Shown: positions 11,048 to 24,699, numbered from the stretch's first letter. The stretch: DNA of 64,000 nucleotides from Eledone cirrhosa (GCA_964016885.1 OZ024740.1:378696001-378760000); one strand, 5' to 3'. Notes: generated by a model not told the origin, from the sequence alone. Numbers and translations: made by a program.

Positions 11048-11655
11048 TGGTGGCTGCCAACTCGTTTTCAAGTACGGCCACTACTTTACATCCATGTAGG
11101 AGAACCCCTACCGATGCGCTGAACGAGTGTGACATTTTAGTCCAGCTAGCGACTTGAAAACTCTGGTACAAACACTACACTTGTGACAATTATTGACACA
11201 TAGTGCTGGGCCCATGGTACCATGTGACGACAAGTGCAGTGAGATCTCCAGATATAAAGCAATGCCTGTGCTGTGAAGCTTTTATAGTGAGCAAAGGCAC
11301 TGCACAAAGCCAGTCCCACTCTCTTAACCAAGATGATATTTACCAAAAAGAAGAACAAGTCAACATCATTGGATACCATCAGGGTTGCAGGTGTTATATC
11401 AGAGTTTTCCTTCTCCTAGAATTCTGCCTTGACAAAGGCTAAGGGGTCATCTCTCCCGGTGATTTTGGATGGCCATTGACTCTTAAGAGCTCCTTTGCTC
11501 TTTGACAGGTTTTGTTTTTAGTCCTGCAGGATGTCCAAACTCACTCTCCTCACCAAGAAACCTTGGTGGGGTTGCCAGTTTAATCGCCAACGACCCGACC
11601 ATGAGACAGGTTGTACTGTGATACATGTTACTAGTAGCACCAACTGGTGACCTGA
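11046..11655 (-). mobile_element. Probable 5' region/UTR of an RTE-clade element
   Basis: Minus strand contains ctaggagaaggaaaactctga, a motif recognised from RTE 5' UTRs; 11046-11295 is duplicated at 13111-13359. Confidence 0.5.
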
Positions 11656-11779
11656 TGTATATATATATGTATGTATATATATATGTATGTATATATGTAT
11701 GTATATGTATGTATATATATGTATATATATGTATGTATATATATATATGTAAATATATATATACACACACACGCATATA

Positions 11780-12745
11780 TATGTTCTTTTTCTAGGGCGG
11801 GTAAAATACCCGAGATCCATGGACGAGTTCTCTCCAGCGGTCTCTGTCCCTCATTATTGCTGCCATGTCCTGCGTCTCCAACAGACCAGTGTCTGTCCTT
11901 AGGGCATCAACATACGTTAACCTTGGTCTTCCAGTGTATCCATGTAGGGGCTCCCACAGGAGCACTGAGTACAATGTCAACTGTGGAATTCGGTGAGCAT
12001 GTCCAGCTAACCTCAGTCTCCCCTGTGTCACTTTTGAGCTGACCTTTGGGTTCTGAGTTTTTCATCCTGATATCACGGCTCTACACTAACACCAAAGCCC
12101 AAGTCATTACACCTGATGGGATGACAGAGTTCTTTGAGATACTGGCTGGAGTGCTCCAGGGAGATACATTGGCTCCCTACTTTTTTATCATCGTAGTGGA
12201 CTATTGTATGCGCCTTGCACTGGAGAAACACTAGGACGTTGGCTTTACTGTAGCACCGGCTCAGAGCAGGAGAGTTAAGGCGAAAAAGATATCGGATGCT
12301 GAATTTGCCGACGACATAGTTGTCGTGACAAATACAGTGAAGGGGGCAGAGGATTTGATGCAGGAGGTTGAGACTGTGTCGATGAGTGTCGGGCTGAGAA
12401 TGAATGAGACTAAAACAAAATATCTGGTAGAGAATGTTGAGAAGCCAGTGTAGGCGGGAAGCCGCTAGAATTGGTTGAGGACTTCCTGTATTTGGGAGAA
12501 AAGATTGGGAATACGGAATATGATGTGGTTGAGAGGAAGAGCAAAGCCTGGGCGGCGTGCCACAGCTTGAGATCGGTGTGGAAGTCGGACCTTCGTAAAG
12601 ACCTGAAAATTCGCCTCTTCATTGTTGTAGTGGAGTCTGTGCTGCTGTACGGGTCTGAGACTTGGACACTGACCAAGAAACTCACTCAGATGCTGGATGG
12701 GTGCTACACGAGAATGCTGAGGATGGCTCTGAACATTAATCAGTA
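11780..12745 (-). mobile_element. RTE-clade LINE, 5'-truncated with inverted 5' part (3' end on minus 11780-12035; RT segment on plus 12040-12745)
   Basis: Minus: RLRLAGHAHR...GRPRLTYVD...DRDRWR. Plus: [43 protein letters not shown], with stops. Confidence 0.85.
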
Positions 12746-12792
12746 TACATATATATATATATATATACATAATTACATACATATACATACAT

Positions 12793-12883
<91 letters not shown>

Positions 12884-13041
12884 GTATGTAATTATGTATA
12901 TATGTATGTATGTAATTATGTGTGTATATGTATGTGTGTATGTGTATATATATATACATATATTTATTTGTGTGTGTATATACATATATATTTGTGTGTG
13001 TGTGTGTATACATACATACATACAACATACATATATATATA

Positions 13042-13112
<71 letters not shown>
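12743..13112. repeat. (TA)n-rich compound microsatellite
   Basis: Seen directly. Confidence 0.95.
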
Positions 13113-13114
<2 letters not shown>

Positions 13115-13359
13115 TGGCTGCCAACTCGTTTTCGAGTACGGCCACTACTTCATATCCATGTAGGAGAACCCCTACCGATGCGCTGAACGAGTGTGACTTT
13201 TTAGTCCCGCCAGCGACTTGAAAACTCTGGTACAAACACTACACTTGTGACAATTATTGACACATATTGCTGGGCCCATGGTACCATGTGACGACAAGTG
13301 CAGAGAGATCTCCAGATATAAAGCAATGCCTGTGCCGTGAAGCTTTTATAGTGAGCAAA
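13111..13359 (-). repeat. Near-identical direct copy of 11046-11295
   Basis: Direct comparison; a handful of substitutions. Confidence 0.9.
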
Positions 13360-13956
13360 TATATGACAAAATTTGTTTTCGCTCTTAACGTGGTGGATAC
13401 CTAAAGTATTCACACACACATATATATCTATATCTCTCTCTCTCTCTCTCTCTCCCTCTCTTTATAATATATATATAAATATTATATTATATTTACTTCT
13501 TGGATACCTGTTGGCCTTTTATACATTTTATACACTAACATAGAAATTGTTATTTTATGTCTGACACACCACTACCTTTTTGTTTACATTACCTAGAAGT
13601 GTTTGTTTTTATTAGTTATTGTTATGTCAAACATAATGTACGTTTAACCTACATTACCTAAGATATTATAGTTAGGTGATAGTGTATTTTCATAATGAGC
13701 CCTCAGTTGCTTTGAAGTTAGGTAGGATTTTATGTAGTCTTTTATTAAATGTGTTAGAACATCATTGGTTTTTTTTTTATTTAGTTATTACTGGTATAGT
13801 CAACATTAAACTTTAGTTATTCATACTGAGTTTTTGAAATTAATGTTTCTATTTCATTTTATTTAACAACTGTTCATAATATTAAGAATCTGGTAAATAT
13901 TACTTGTCTAACAGGTAGAGACAGGGTATAATTTTATGTCACATAGTAAAAGTAAT

Positions 13957-14140
13957 TGTTTCTACTTTTGGCACAAGGCCAGCAATTAACCAGTACATTA
14001 CTGGTACTTTATTTTATCGACCCCGTAAGGATGAAAGGCAAAGTTGACCTCTGCGGGATTTGAACTCAGAATGGAAAGGGCCGTAATTCTATGCGTCAAA
14101 GCATGACGTCCGACCCGCTACCGATACTGCCAATCCACCG
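13957..14140 (-). mobile_element. Full-length tRNA-derived SINE (family A) with 14-bp TSD ATAGTAAAAGTAAT
   Basis: TSD at 13943-13956 and 14141-14154; B-box-like gagttcaaatccc; core gcctttcatccttacggggtcgataaaataaagtaccag resembles the Meta-SINE domain. Confidence 0.88.
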
Positions 14141-14839
14141 ATAGTAAAAGTAATGAAAGTTAAATATATCTAAGAATGAAGCAACGAGCTGATAGGCTTA
14201 TTTGGATTATTATAACACGATACGCCACTCCGCGAAAGCATTTGTTTCATTGAAAATCAATAATGGGGAAACCAGTGGGTGTATATTGTCAATGACTTTC
14301 TCTGAACAAGTCACTCTGCAACACAACCTGCTATAAGTCGTTTCCTGAACCGTTCGTTAGAATTATTACTGTTAGTAGCAGGTATGGTATTTTAAAGAAT
14401 GTAATTTATGCAGTAAGTTCATACACTATCATTTTAATAGTTTGACAAAAGAAAGAAAATATCGAATACTATTATATATATATATATTTATTTTGATTTG
14501 TTTTAATTGTTTTCAGTCAGCTTGTCTATTTTTACCACCTTTCTTTCGTTTCCACAATATTTTTAAATCACGTACACACTATTTCTCCTCCTCTCTGTCT
14601 CTATATATATATCTCTCTCTCCATACCACACTTTTATCTCTTTCTCCACTAAAACTCATTCAAGTTGTACAAACTTTTTCCCATTTTTTCCCTCACATAT
14701 ATCCTCTTTTCCTCATATATATCCTCGTTCTTTCTATTTCTTCCTTACTATATTTCTGCCTCTCTTTTTTTTTCTGACACTTTCTTTTTTATTTAGTTTC
14801 CTTATTTTGCTGTTTTTCAACCAATCAAGTATATGTCAT

Positions 14840-15055
14840 ACAGAATCGTTAGATCCTCGTACAAAATGCCTTGTAGTATTTAGTTGCGGTCATTTACGCT
14901 TTGAGTTCAAATCCTACCGAGGTCAACCTTGCCTTTCGACCTTTTTGGTTCGATAAAATAAAGTACCTGTCAAGTATTGTAGTCAATGTAATTAATCGAC
15001 TTTTCCCGCTTCCCACAACATTGCTGGCCTTGTGTTTAAATTAGAATCCATTATC
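14840..15055 (+). mobile_element. SINE family A, diverged copy
   Basis: gagttcaaatcc...gtcaaccttgccttt...cgataaaataaagtacc...ctggccttgtg. Confidence 0.8.
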
Positions 15056-15163
15056 AAGCTATTTATCTTTCACGTTATCTGTTGATCTCACTTTCCCTCT
15101 CCCCCTTCCTCTTATCCACTTTTTTCTTCTTTCTCTTAAATATTTTTCTTGTGCTTATATAGT

Positions 15164-15164
<1 letters not shown>

Positions 15165-15235
<71 letters not shown>
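15165..15235. repeat. (TTTC)n microsatellite
   Basis: Seen directly. Confidence 0.95.
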
Positions 15236-15522
15236 TACTTTTCTCTTTTTCTTTTCTCTTTTTGTCAACTTTTTGTCAACTTTGAATCTGTCTTTGTTAC
15301 TTTAACTTCTAATTTACATATTTCTCTTCTCTTTCCTTTTATATATTTTTCCTGTCAATTTGGTTGTGTCCCCCCCCCATTCAAGCTTTCTTCGTCTTTC
15401 CCTGCCTATTACCTTCTCCCCATCTAACTAACTTTGCCTTCTTTGTATGCATAATAAATCAGCTTTTTTAGACTTGTATTTCTCATTGTGGGACTTTGTT
15501 TATCAATTAGACGTGTCTCCTT

Positions 15523-15525
<3 letters not shown>

Positions 15526-15600
<75 letters not shown>

Positions 15601-15635
15601 GCATACACAATAACACACACACAAATACACACACA

Positions 15636-15672
<37 letters not shown>

Positions 15673-15762
15673 GAGTCGGGAACCCAACGACTGAGATCTT
15701 GCTGTTACAACAGCTAGTTCCAGACTGGTGAGTAATGGTCTAACCAGTTTCAAACTTCCATC

Positions 15763-15810
<48 letters not shown>
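15526..15810. repeat. (CA)n and (TA)n microsatellites with a short unique spacer
   Basis: Seen directly. Confidence 0.9.
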
Positions 15811-15814
<4 letters not shown>

Positions 15815-15884
15815 TCTGTCTAGAATGTTTCAGTTGTTTTTATTTTATTTATTTCGAGTCCCTATACTAGTAGATGTTATTTAG

Positions 15885-16050
15885 TCCAATGTCAGCCCTG
15901 ATCGAGCAGACATATATTAAAGGCATTTCAGCTATGGCCTTACGTACTATTCAGATGAAGTGTATCTAGAACAAAGTTAAAACGGTAGAGTGTAATTTGG
16001 GGGAACGTTGGCTACCATTCCTAGCAGGTCCGGCAACTGTGTAGAGAATT
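15885..16050 (+). repeat. Dispersed repeat family B (SINE-like); related copies at ~17750-17890, 18270-18440 and 26450-26640
   Basis: Shared tcagcc.tgatcgagcagac and gggagatttggct..tatttctagcaggtcg motifs among copies. Confidence 0.6.
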
Positions 16051-16741
16051 TGAACTTAGAACACAAAGAGCAAGAACATCTCATGTAATGTTCTAACACT
16101 TCTGTTAGTCCATCACCATAGGCTAGTATTTTAATTTATTGACTCAAAAAGGATGACAGGCAAACATGACCTCGATGAATACTCGTGTACTTGGAAGGAG
16201 ATATCCAGGTTTTTATGCAGAATTGGTATTGCAAGGAACACAAAGCAAACAACAATACCAGACCGCAAGTTACCATTGCAATCCTTCTTGTTATAGCCAT
16301 GTATTTTATCATGAAACGTCATTCAAAACTATTCTCTCAAATAGGGTCAAAGTAATAGTTCTGCAAAGTGTTGGTCGAAGCTTTGGCTAGGTTACAAGTA
16401 TATTTCTTTCCTACATCAGTCGGTAGACAGACTTATGTTGGTTGTCCATTACCAAGATACTCAGCAATAACACCCAGCTGATCATCAGCAATTATTATGG
16501 GATTATAAGAAGAAAAGCTCTAGTTTTGTTCTTCATTTCTTTCATTATTCCAATATATCTCTATTTCAGCGACAGTATGATTTAACATGATTCGTGTAAA
16601 TTCATGAACATAAGTTTACGAGCTCGTAATAAGTAAAGAGCTAAAAGAGAACATTGTGTGTGTAGTGGTTTTTTTAGTTTGATTATCTAAAGAAAGTCAC
16701 TTTCTTTTATTGTTTTTGTAGATCTTGTGAAGACTTTAACA

Positions 16742-16961
16742 ATGTGGTTTTTTCCGAAAAGAATCTTCGTACAATTTGCTACCATCTTCTTTGTTCTGTT
16801 GGTATTTAACAGTCTTATAAAAGTTGATGGACTATCGCAACAAACAAGCCCACACCATGATTACTGTGTCATTGGAGCTGGACCGTCAGGACTTCAAACT
16901 GGATATTTCTTGGAAACATCTGGGAGAGACTATATCATTTTTGAAAGAAGTAATACCTCAG
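16742..16961 (+). CDS. FOXRED2: FOXRED2/ERFAD-like flavoprotein, first coding exon (signal peptide and GxGxxG FAD-binding motif)
   Basis: MWFF...hydrophobic leader...[31 protein letters not shown] matches FOXRED2 RDYCVLGAGPAGLQ; acceptor tgtag at 16721; donor g|gttagt, phase 1. Confidence 0.92.
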
Positions 16962-17109
16962 GTTAGTGAATACATTCATTATTTCCTCCTTGGGCCTTGT
17001 GCCTAAAGTAGAAACAATTATTTCCTCCTTGAATTGGTGTATTGATGGTCGTGTTGAATAGTGAACATACTACAATGTTTAGGTAGCAGTTTCAATCTCT
17101 GATTAATTT

Positions 17110-17300
17110 TTAGGGCGATGGGTTGACATTGTTAATATATTGGACAAATGCTTCTCAGTATTTGGTACGGCCTTTTACATTCTGAGTTCAAATACTACCT
17201 AGGTCCACTTTGTCTTCCATCCTTTCGAGGTCGATAAAATAAAGTACCATTAAAGTCGGAGGCCGATATAATTGACCATGTGCCTAAATTAAAAATCATT
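17110..17300 (+). mobile_element. SINE family A copy
   Basis: gagttcaaat...ttccatcctttcgaggtcgataaaataaagtacc. Confidence 0.8.
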
Positions 17301-20300
17301 ATTTTTTCCTTATTATATTAGAATCTCCTTGTCATTTACGTGTTATACTTAGTGCATGTGTTTTTAAAACAATCTTTAACTGCCGTTAGAATATTGAATT
17401 ATTTGAAACAAAATTTTAATTCCCTAACTCAGTTAATTTATGGAAACTAAGAAATAGAACTACAGATTATTGATGAGAATGAGGAACATGACAGAAGCAA
17501 CTACAATGAAAAATGTCAATTATGTAACTAAGAGATTACTTTTGTCTTTCCTTTTCTATATGATTTTATTCGATAATTTTTGTTCTCGTAATGAATTACA
17601 AATTTGTCTTTATGGAATTATTTAAAAAGTGTAATGTGTAATAAATAAATGGATAAATAAACAAATGGGAAAACATGTATGTATGTTTTTAATAAGCTAA
17701 AGTAAAGGGAATCAAAGTTGTTCTGTTTAAGCTTATTTGTGAGTAATGGCGTTCCAGCCATCACCATCCTATCTTATTTATCTAGGATATGATTACACTT
17801 CAATTGTAACATTGTAGAATTGTGATTTGAGGGAGATTTAGTTGCTGTTTCGAACAGACCGAATGACCACATAAAAGTTCCTTAATTGGCTTCTTCAAAT
17901 ATGAATTGATTATGGAGAAATAATGAATTAAGAGCCACTCTTGTAAACATATCAGTATGAAGAAGTTATAGTATAATATGTTATTGTATTATAAGTATTC
18001 AACATTGTAGTAAAACCTAATTACATAAAAAAATGACAGCATTTTGTTTTTATTTTTATATTTTGTATTTTGTAAAAAAAACTTTTAAATAGTTTGATGT
18101 CGCTTTCTACTGTTTTTCTTGTTGCATCCATGCTAGGGCACTACCAATAATGTTCTTCCAGCTTTCATCGAAAAATAGGGTTAAAATCATCGCCAACTTT
18201 ACAGCTATACGGTAATAATTAAACCGAATCATTCCCAATGATCATGGACACCGTATTTATCATGTTGTTTCTGTTGTTTAACCCTAGGTTAATTCTGTGA
18301 TTGAGAAGAACTATAGTCAGAGTTGTTTCATCTGTTACCAACTCTTTATATTTTAGAGGCATGGCGTACATCAACCTATGTGTTCTTTTTCCTAGACAAT
18401 CGGAGGTGATTTCAGGGAGATTTGGCTATTCTTTCTAACAGTTTGAATTCTTATTTACCGTGTTTGTATATGAGTTCGGGCTGGGATTTTATTTCGAAGG
18501 ACCCGAGTATATAGATATAAACATGGTAAATATGAAACTTAAAAATCTACAGAAATAGAAACATCTTAGATGCAATGTTTTATGATAGGTAGTGAGTTCA
18601 TCGCTGGCAATAACTAGAAGAAAAAAAACATTATTTTAAAGCCTTTGAAAATTATTGGGAGAGATAATAAAACACCTTCGATTGTTCTTATTGCTTTCAT
18701 TTTTGTGTAAGGGCATGCTTGTAGTTCTTCCATTTAATTAATTTTGACATTTAACATATATTATTGTTTCCAGTGAGGTTTTCCTATTTCTTTCACTTCT
18801 CGAAATACCTTGAAAACTATATTTGTAACATTTCTTTAATAAGCTTTCATTCTGCATGCATACCACATACCAAAATCCCTCTGACATCATGGTTTCTCTT
18901 GTGCTAGCCCGAATAGCAATAACCGATGTTTGCTACCGGAACATCTCAATATACTCTAAACTACGTTTACATTCTTTGTTGGCAAATAAACAAACCACTG
19001 TATCGATGATTTTGCTTTTCAATTATAAGACGCGTCGACTTAGAAGGATAAGAAAATGCCGTTGGTAGATAATTTCCATCTGATTCAGAGAACATCTTAA
19101 TATGTCTTGAAGAAACTCCCTCCCCCACGAGTTTCCTCCCAAGCCCTTTAAAATCTATTCATCAAACTCCCTCTTTCCAAGAGCCTTAATATGCCTTGAA
19201 GAAATCTCCTACTCCTTAAGAGCTATGGCGTCAAGAAATGCGTCCGACACATTCATTCTGAATAGCAGTCATGTATGCAGCTGATAACAATGCTCTGTAG
19301 TCAACAATAGTTTAGCTATGTATTTCTTCCTGTATGGTGCTCAAGCAGATACATAAGGGGTTTATATTTCAATATGTTTTCGGTGACTTCCTATTCCATC
19401 AGCATTATCCAGATCCAACGTTGCGGACAACTGCATACTGCGGCTCCCTCAGAAATAAAGTTAAAAGCAATTATCTTCCATTTATACGGTTGGACAGATT
19501 CCAGTTCATCGTCTACTCGTGTATAATATTTTCGCTCACAAATGACTCACAGGACCAGCTTCAACGTTTTCAAGATGGAACATTACCACTTCGTATGGTG
19601 TAACTGGGTGTTTCCTTGGCTGTACCACAACGTATACTCATCTTAACATCGTTTCTAATTCTGGCAAAACACTTACAGGTATTGTTACTGATCAACAAGC
19701 TACGAATATATTGTAATGTTGCCTTCAAACCGGATTAATTCGTTTCTGGTTCAATCAACAATGAATGGACTTCAATTTACAAATCATTATTGGCATGTTC
19801 TCTTCAGAAGTCGGGGCTACGATTCTTTGTAGTCTTCGGAAGAGGGACGCATATTGTACAAATTTACTAATTCCCTGGCTACACAGCTACTGGTTGGATA
19901 TGTCATAATAGTCTCCTTTCATACTCTTTTGAAGAAGAATTAACATACCCTTATTCAGATTATCTTTAGCATATCACAATTGAATATGTTGATGGAAATA
20001 CAACAGATTAAAACAAAATCTCTTTAGAGGTAAATACTATTCACTTCAGCAGTAACATTCGATCTAATATAATATATGGAATTTTACGTGATGTTGGTAA
20101 TAACAAACAATATAAATTTGAGTCTTTATTCAGCTTAACCTAGAGACTAGTTGAAGAAAGTCTGTGTTCATAGTTCTTACAATTGCCGTCTCCGAGAAAG
20201 AAAACTCATTCTATACTTTCATTTTATTCCTCTTAACGAGTTGTTTCCTATTGGTTAGGTGGGGAATATAGTTTCTGTCATATTACAAAATACTCTCTCC

Positions 20301-20652
20301 ATTTTCGTCCTCTGATAGAGAAATTTAAGGGATCACAATTCTTTGTTTTAAGATACAATACCCAAATCTGAAAACATTCAATCGCTCTCAAACTTTATTA
20401 ATTTCCTTCAAACAAGTGACAATAAACTTAGAGAAGACTACACCCCATTCAACTGCAACCCCATCAATCGAGTCCTTATTAGATGGGCAGCAGTATTAAG
20501 TAATTCCTCGGTTACTGATGTGCAGAAGATTATCTGTTTTTATCTTAGATCTAATTTCTTTGACAATCACAGCAATAAGTTTAGATATATAAACTTGCTT
20601 CTTTGAATTGCATCGTCTTAAAAGAGATAAGGACCAGAAACATTTCTCAACA

Positions 20653-21030
20653 ATTCTTCTTCTTCTTCTTCTTCTTCTTGAGAGGGTCGTGAGCGCAAAC
20701 ACTCGTTCCAGCGGGTCCTGTCAGAAGTAACCGTCTCCAACTGATCCAGCTGGATCCCCAAGCGAGACCAGCCAAGTTCATGGATGTTATCGAACTATGT
20801 TGCTCGGGGTCTGCCTCTGAGTTTCATGCCGGTTAGTTTTGCCCATAAACTCTGTTTAGCGATTCTTTACTTTGACATTCTAACCACATAGCCGTAGTAT
20901 CGGAGCTATGATCTCTCAATTCACAGAAGTAGTGGTTCTACTTGGAGTGACGCTCTGATCTCCAAGTTACGTACTCTACTGAGTAAGGTTACTTAAAAGA
21001 CCCTTCTGAGGAACTCCATTTCGGAAAGTT
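20653..21030 (-). mobile_element. RTE-clade 3' fragment with (GAA)n tail
   Basis: Minus: EMEFLRRV...LRYYGYVVRM...RGRPR, with stops; (TTC)n at 20653-20678. Confidence 0.7.
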
Positions 21031-22329
21031 TATATCAAAACTCGCAGCACACCTTTTAGCTCAGTCTTCTTGTAAATTTCTTGGAATAGTACGTAAATTA
21101 CGACAATTCTAAAATCATCGATGGAGATGGATGGTTAATGGAAGATCATTTACCAACGTGGCAGCTAAGTGATAAAAGAGGACCGCCTTCTCTATTATAC
21201 ATACTGCATTGAAAGAAGAGGATTCATTCATAGTATAGCCGCAAGTAATATTCCGAAACAAATGTAAAGTAATATTATTAGAGACAGGTGGGACATGTCG
21301 TTGAGATATCCTTAACTTTCATATAAGTGTAATAGGTAAATATGTGTAATAGGTAAATATGCACAAGGAATTATATCCATACGTATATATCGTAGCTGTG
21401 AAATTATGCCATCGAGGACCACAGAGTGTTTCCGGTTAAAAATAACTGTCATCAAACTAATGGGACTAACATCACAGCGTAACCAAATACATATAAATAT
21501 GATTCCGTATATATATTTCTTCATAATCCATACTGTATTGGTATTATTGTAGTATGTATAATATAACTGTAGATATTTATATTTTCAACGAACATTTGAC
21601 TTGTAGGCGTATAAACATCTATCATATGACACTATAATTACATCTTTTTCTAAGAGTTCAAATTTTCAGTAACCTCAAATAAATCGACTTTTGATGTATA
21701 ATGAACCTCATAATTAAAAACATAACTTTCCATCTTCGCTGAACTTGAACAAATAATGTTTATCTCAGTTCATCCGACAGGATCGAGCAAATTCATTTAT
21801 TTCTGTGTTTACTGGGTCTAAATTATTCCATATATATTCCAATAGAACATTCCCACCGTCTACTAAAAATCTTAAAACATCTAGAGATTTGTTTAATCAA
21901 CATTAATATATAGCTCTAATATCTTAATATTCATGCATCTATTTATATGCAAATAATCTTATCCCCAGAGATTACAAATGACTGCATTCATATCTTAGAC
22001 TCCAAAGGAAAAGCAATTTGTTTGAAAACGTCTTCTTTCATGTATTGGAAAGCATGGGAATTGCCTTATATAAACCCCGGGAAATAAACGCTGCTTGGAA
22101 ATATCGATGAGAATTTAGGAATGAGACTGTAATTTATAATTTCGATGAATAAAGAAATAAGACCTAAATAAAAAGCAATAATCAACAATAAAATTACAAC
22201 TGCCATAATACATGAGATGCAGATAGCATTTCAATCAATGAGAGAGCTGAGCAGCCAAAATTCATTTTATTTATTTGAATAAATAGAACTAAGTCTGAAA
22301 TAAAATAAATATAATTGAATCATGCCATG

Positions 22330-23560
22330 ACTTCGATAACGGAGATTTATGAAAGAGTCTGCCTACGTCTATTGCAGGCTCGCTGATGGCTGACGAAACC
22401 AATATAGAACGGACAGATCCCGTCGCAGCGATTGCAAGGAAAATTCTTTTCAGTTGTTGTACAGTTTCTCCCCAGACTCTTTTTTCTCCTCAATATTGTT
22501 CATGCGAGCATTCTCGAAGGAGTAAATAGACTAGTGGATAGAGTGTCGTCACACTTGAAGCGATTTATTCAGAGAATCCTTATACATTATTCGGTGCCCC
22601 TTTACTTGCAGTGACCAGTGCAGTGGTGAGTTCACCATACAGTGAGTATTTAACAGTAGGGCTTCAATACTGGTGACATCTACCAATTCACTTAATCGGA
22701 TGTTGAAAATGTTGCGAAGGAAGTGCTGATGAAAACCCTCGCTGAGTCGTAGGTGATGGCAGTAACCCACGATTCGCAACCACACAAGTACAACGGCTCT
22801 CTACAAGCTGATTTGAGTGTTTTTCTATGGTGTCTATTGTTCCAGTCTTTTTTGTACAGCCAACCGAATGCACTGTTTGTCTTTGCCAGTCTGCTTTGAA
22901 TCTTCTTGGCAGCTAACGGGATGGCGTTAGCTGAATTGGTGAACACTTTTTAGCTCTGTTTTGCCGATGGTGATGCGGGGAGGCAGGAAATCTTCCTAAG
23001 GTAGGAGCTGTGGAGAACCTCCTTCGTCAAGCTGATCTCCAGTCCAAAGAGCTCGGCAGCTTCTGCAAAGTAGAATGTCATAAGTTACAGGGCTGATTCT
23101 GTGGGAGCAATAATGGCAGCAACATCGGTGAAGAGTAATTCCCGGATGAGTTGCTATAGTGCTTTGGATTGGAACTGCAGTCATCTCAGATTAAACATGA
23201 TGCCGTCAGTGCAGTACCTGGCATAGAGGCTGTCCTCATTATCAAGGCCTTCCGTGCTAAAAAGGATGGTGAAATGTGTCGGCGCAAGGACGCGGTCCTA
23301 TTTTACGCTGTTTCCTATAAGGGAGGATTTGGAGAGCTCGTAATTGCGTCTGTCCTGGCCTTTATTCAGATAAATGACTATGTTTAGAAATTTTAGATGA
23401 CATCCAAGAATTTCCAAGATCCTCCATAGATCTTTCCTGCCCACAGTATCGAATGTTTTGGCAAGGTATCCAAACGTCACGTTTTATTTTTCTTGAAGCT
23501 GTCTGAGAACAAAGACTACGTCAGTGGTGCTTATGCTAGCTTTGAATTCACAATGACTCT
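22330..23560 (-). mobile_element. Degraded RTE (BovB-like) fragment, RT to C-terminal C2H2
   Basis: LAKTFDTVGR..LW, RLAKTNSAFG, CESW, IGFVSHQRAC remnants with many frameshifts. Confidence 0.75.
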
Positions 23561-23747
23561 CTCAGTCTATTCAGGAGTACTCTTGCAAGGATTTTTCCAA
23601 CAATATGTAAATTCTAAATTAAACGGAAATACAAACCTTAAGCACTATAGTTCGTCTATGCTAATACGTGCATACTTATTTCATATTTCCTTGTTGGTAT
23701 TACATTTAAAGAATGCTTTTTAGATTTATTAGCGTATAGCTTTAAAA

Positions 23748-23905
23748 TAGGTGACGAATTGGCAGAGTCGTTTGAACGTAGGATAGAATATTTTGCGGTG
23801 TTCGTTCCGGCTCTCAAGTCGCTGAGTTCAAATCCCGTCAAAGTCAACTTTGCCTTTCATCCTTTCGAGATCGATAAAAACAGTATCAGTCAAGAACTGA
23901 GGTCA
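23748..23905 (+). mobile_element. SINE family A copy
   Basis: gaattggcagagtcgtt...gagttcaaatcccg...gcctttcatcctttcgagatcgataaaa. Confidence 0.8.
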
Positions 23906-24225
23906 ATTCTTCCTATATATCTAGTTCTTACTTCCTCTCTCTCACTTTCATCCTTCTCTGGAAGAAATCTGCTGTGTGTTCAGACCTGTAGAAGAGATAA
24001 GCTCCACCAGGTTTAAAATGCTGAAGAAGCGCCGTATGCCATTATGGCACCCCTACAACTCCACCAGTAGTCATGAGCCCATACACACATAACTTTAAAA
24101 CACCTTTATATGTAAGTCTACCCAGTTCTCTATTTCCCTTAAATTTATTTTGATGCTTGGTAGTGAAATTTCCTAATTTTAATTGAAGATAATTCTCTCA
24201 TTTAATTTTCAAACTCCATTTGCAG

Positions 24226-24556
24226 GCAATTTCTTCACAAAATACCCCCGTCATCGCACGTTGATAAGCATAAATAAAAGAAACACAGGGAGGACGAATA
24301 AAGAATTCAATATGAGACATGACTGGAATTCATTACTATCAGACAAGGAACATTTGAAGCTGCGTTATTACAGCAAAGAAATGTTTCCAAAGGCAGATGT
24401 ACTTGTTAAATATCTTTCAGATTTCCAGCGTGAAAACAATTTAAATGTTCAGCTTAATACAGAAATCTCGAACATTCATACGTTGAGAAATGATTCAGTT
24501 AAAGAAGGACATACATTCACCATGTCTGACCAACACAGCAACAATTATGCTTGCAG
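24226..24556 (+). CDS. FOXRED2: FOXRED2-like coding exon 2
   Basis: GNFFTKYPRHRTLISINKRNTGRTNKEFNMRHDWNSLLS...FP; tgcag acceptor and gtaac donor; phase 1 in, phase 2 out. Confidence 0.95.
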
Positions 24557-24699
24557 GTAACAAAATCTTTTAAATCATCATCGTTATTATTATCGTTATT
24601 ATTATTTTTCATGTGCACAATGATGATCTTATCAACTCTGGATCATTTAATTGACTCCCTATCAAGTTATCTAACCTCAGATAGACAATACTTTCCGCA

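Noticed and set aside
11480-11655. HDV-like ribozyme in the putative RTE 5' UTR
   Set aside because: Could not build the nested double pseudoknot by eye; needs a motif search
18850-22150. Possibly ancient transposon-derived stretches (excluding the RTE piece at 20653-21030)
   Set aside because: No motif I could identify with confidence
22365-22405. ctgatgg...gaaac hammerhead look-alike
   Set aside because: Core does not match, and it is the antisense of an RTE C-terminal zinc finger (IGFVSHQRAC)
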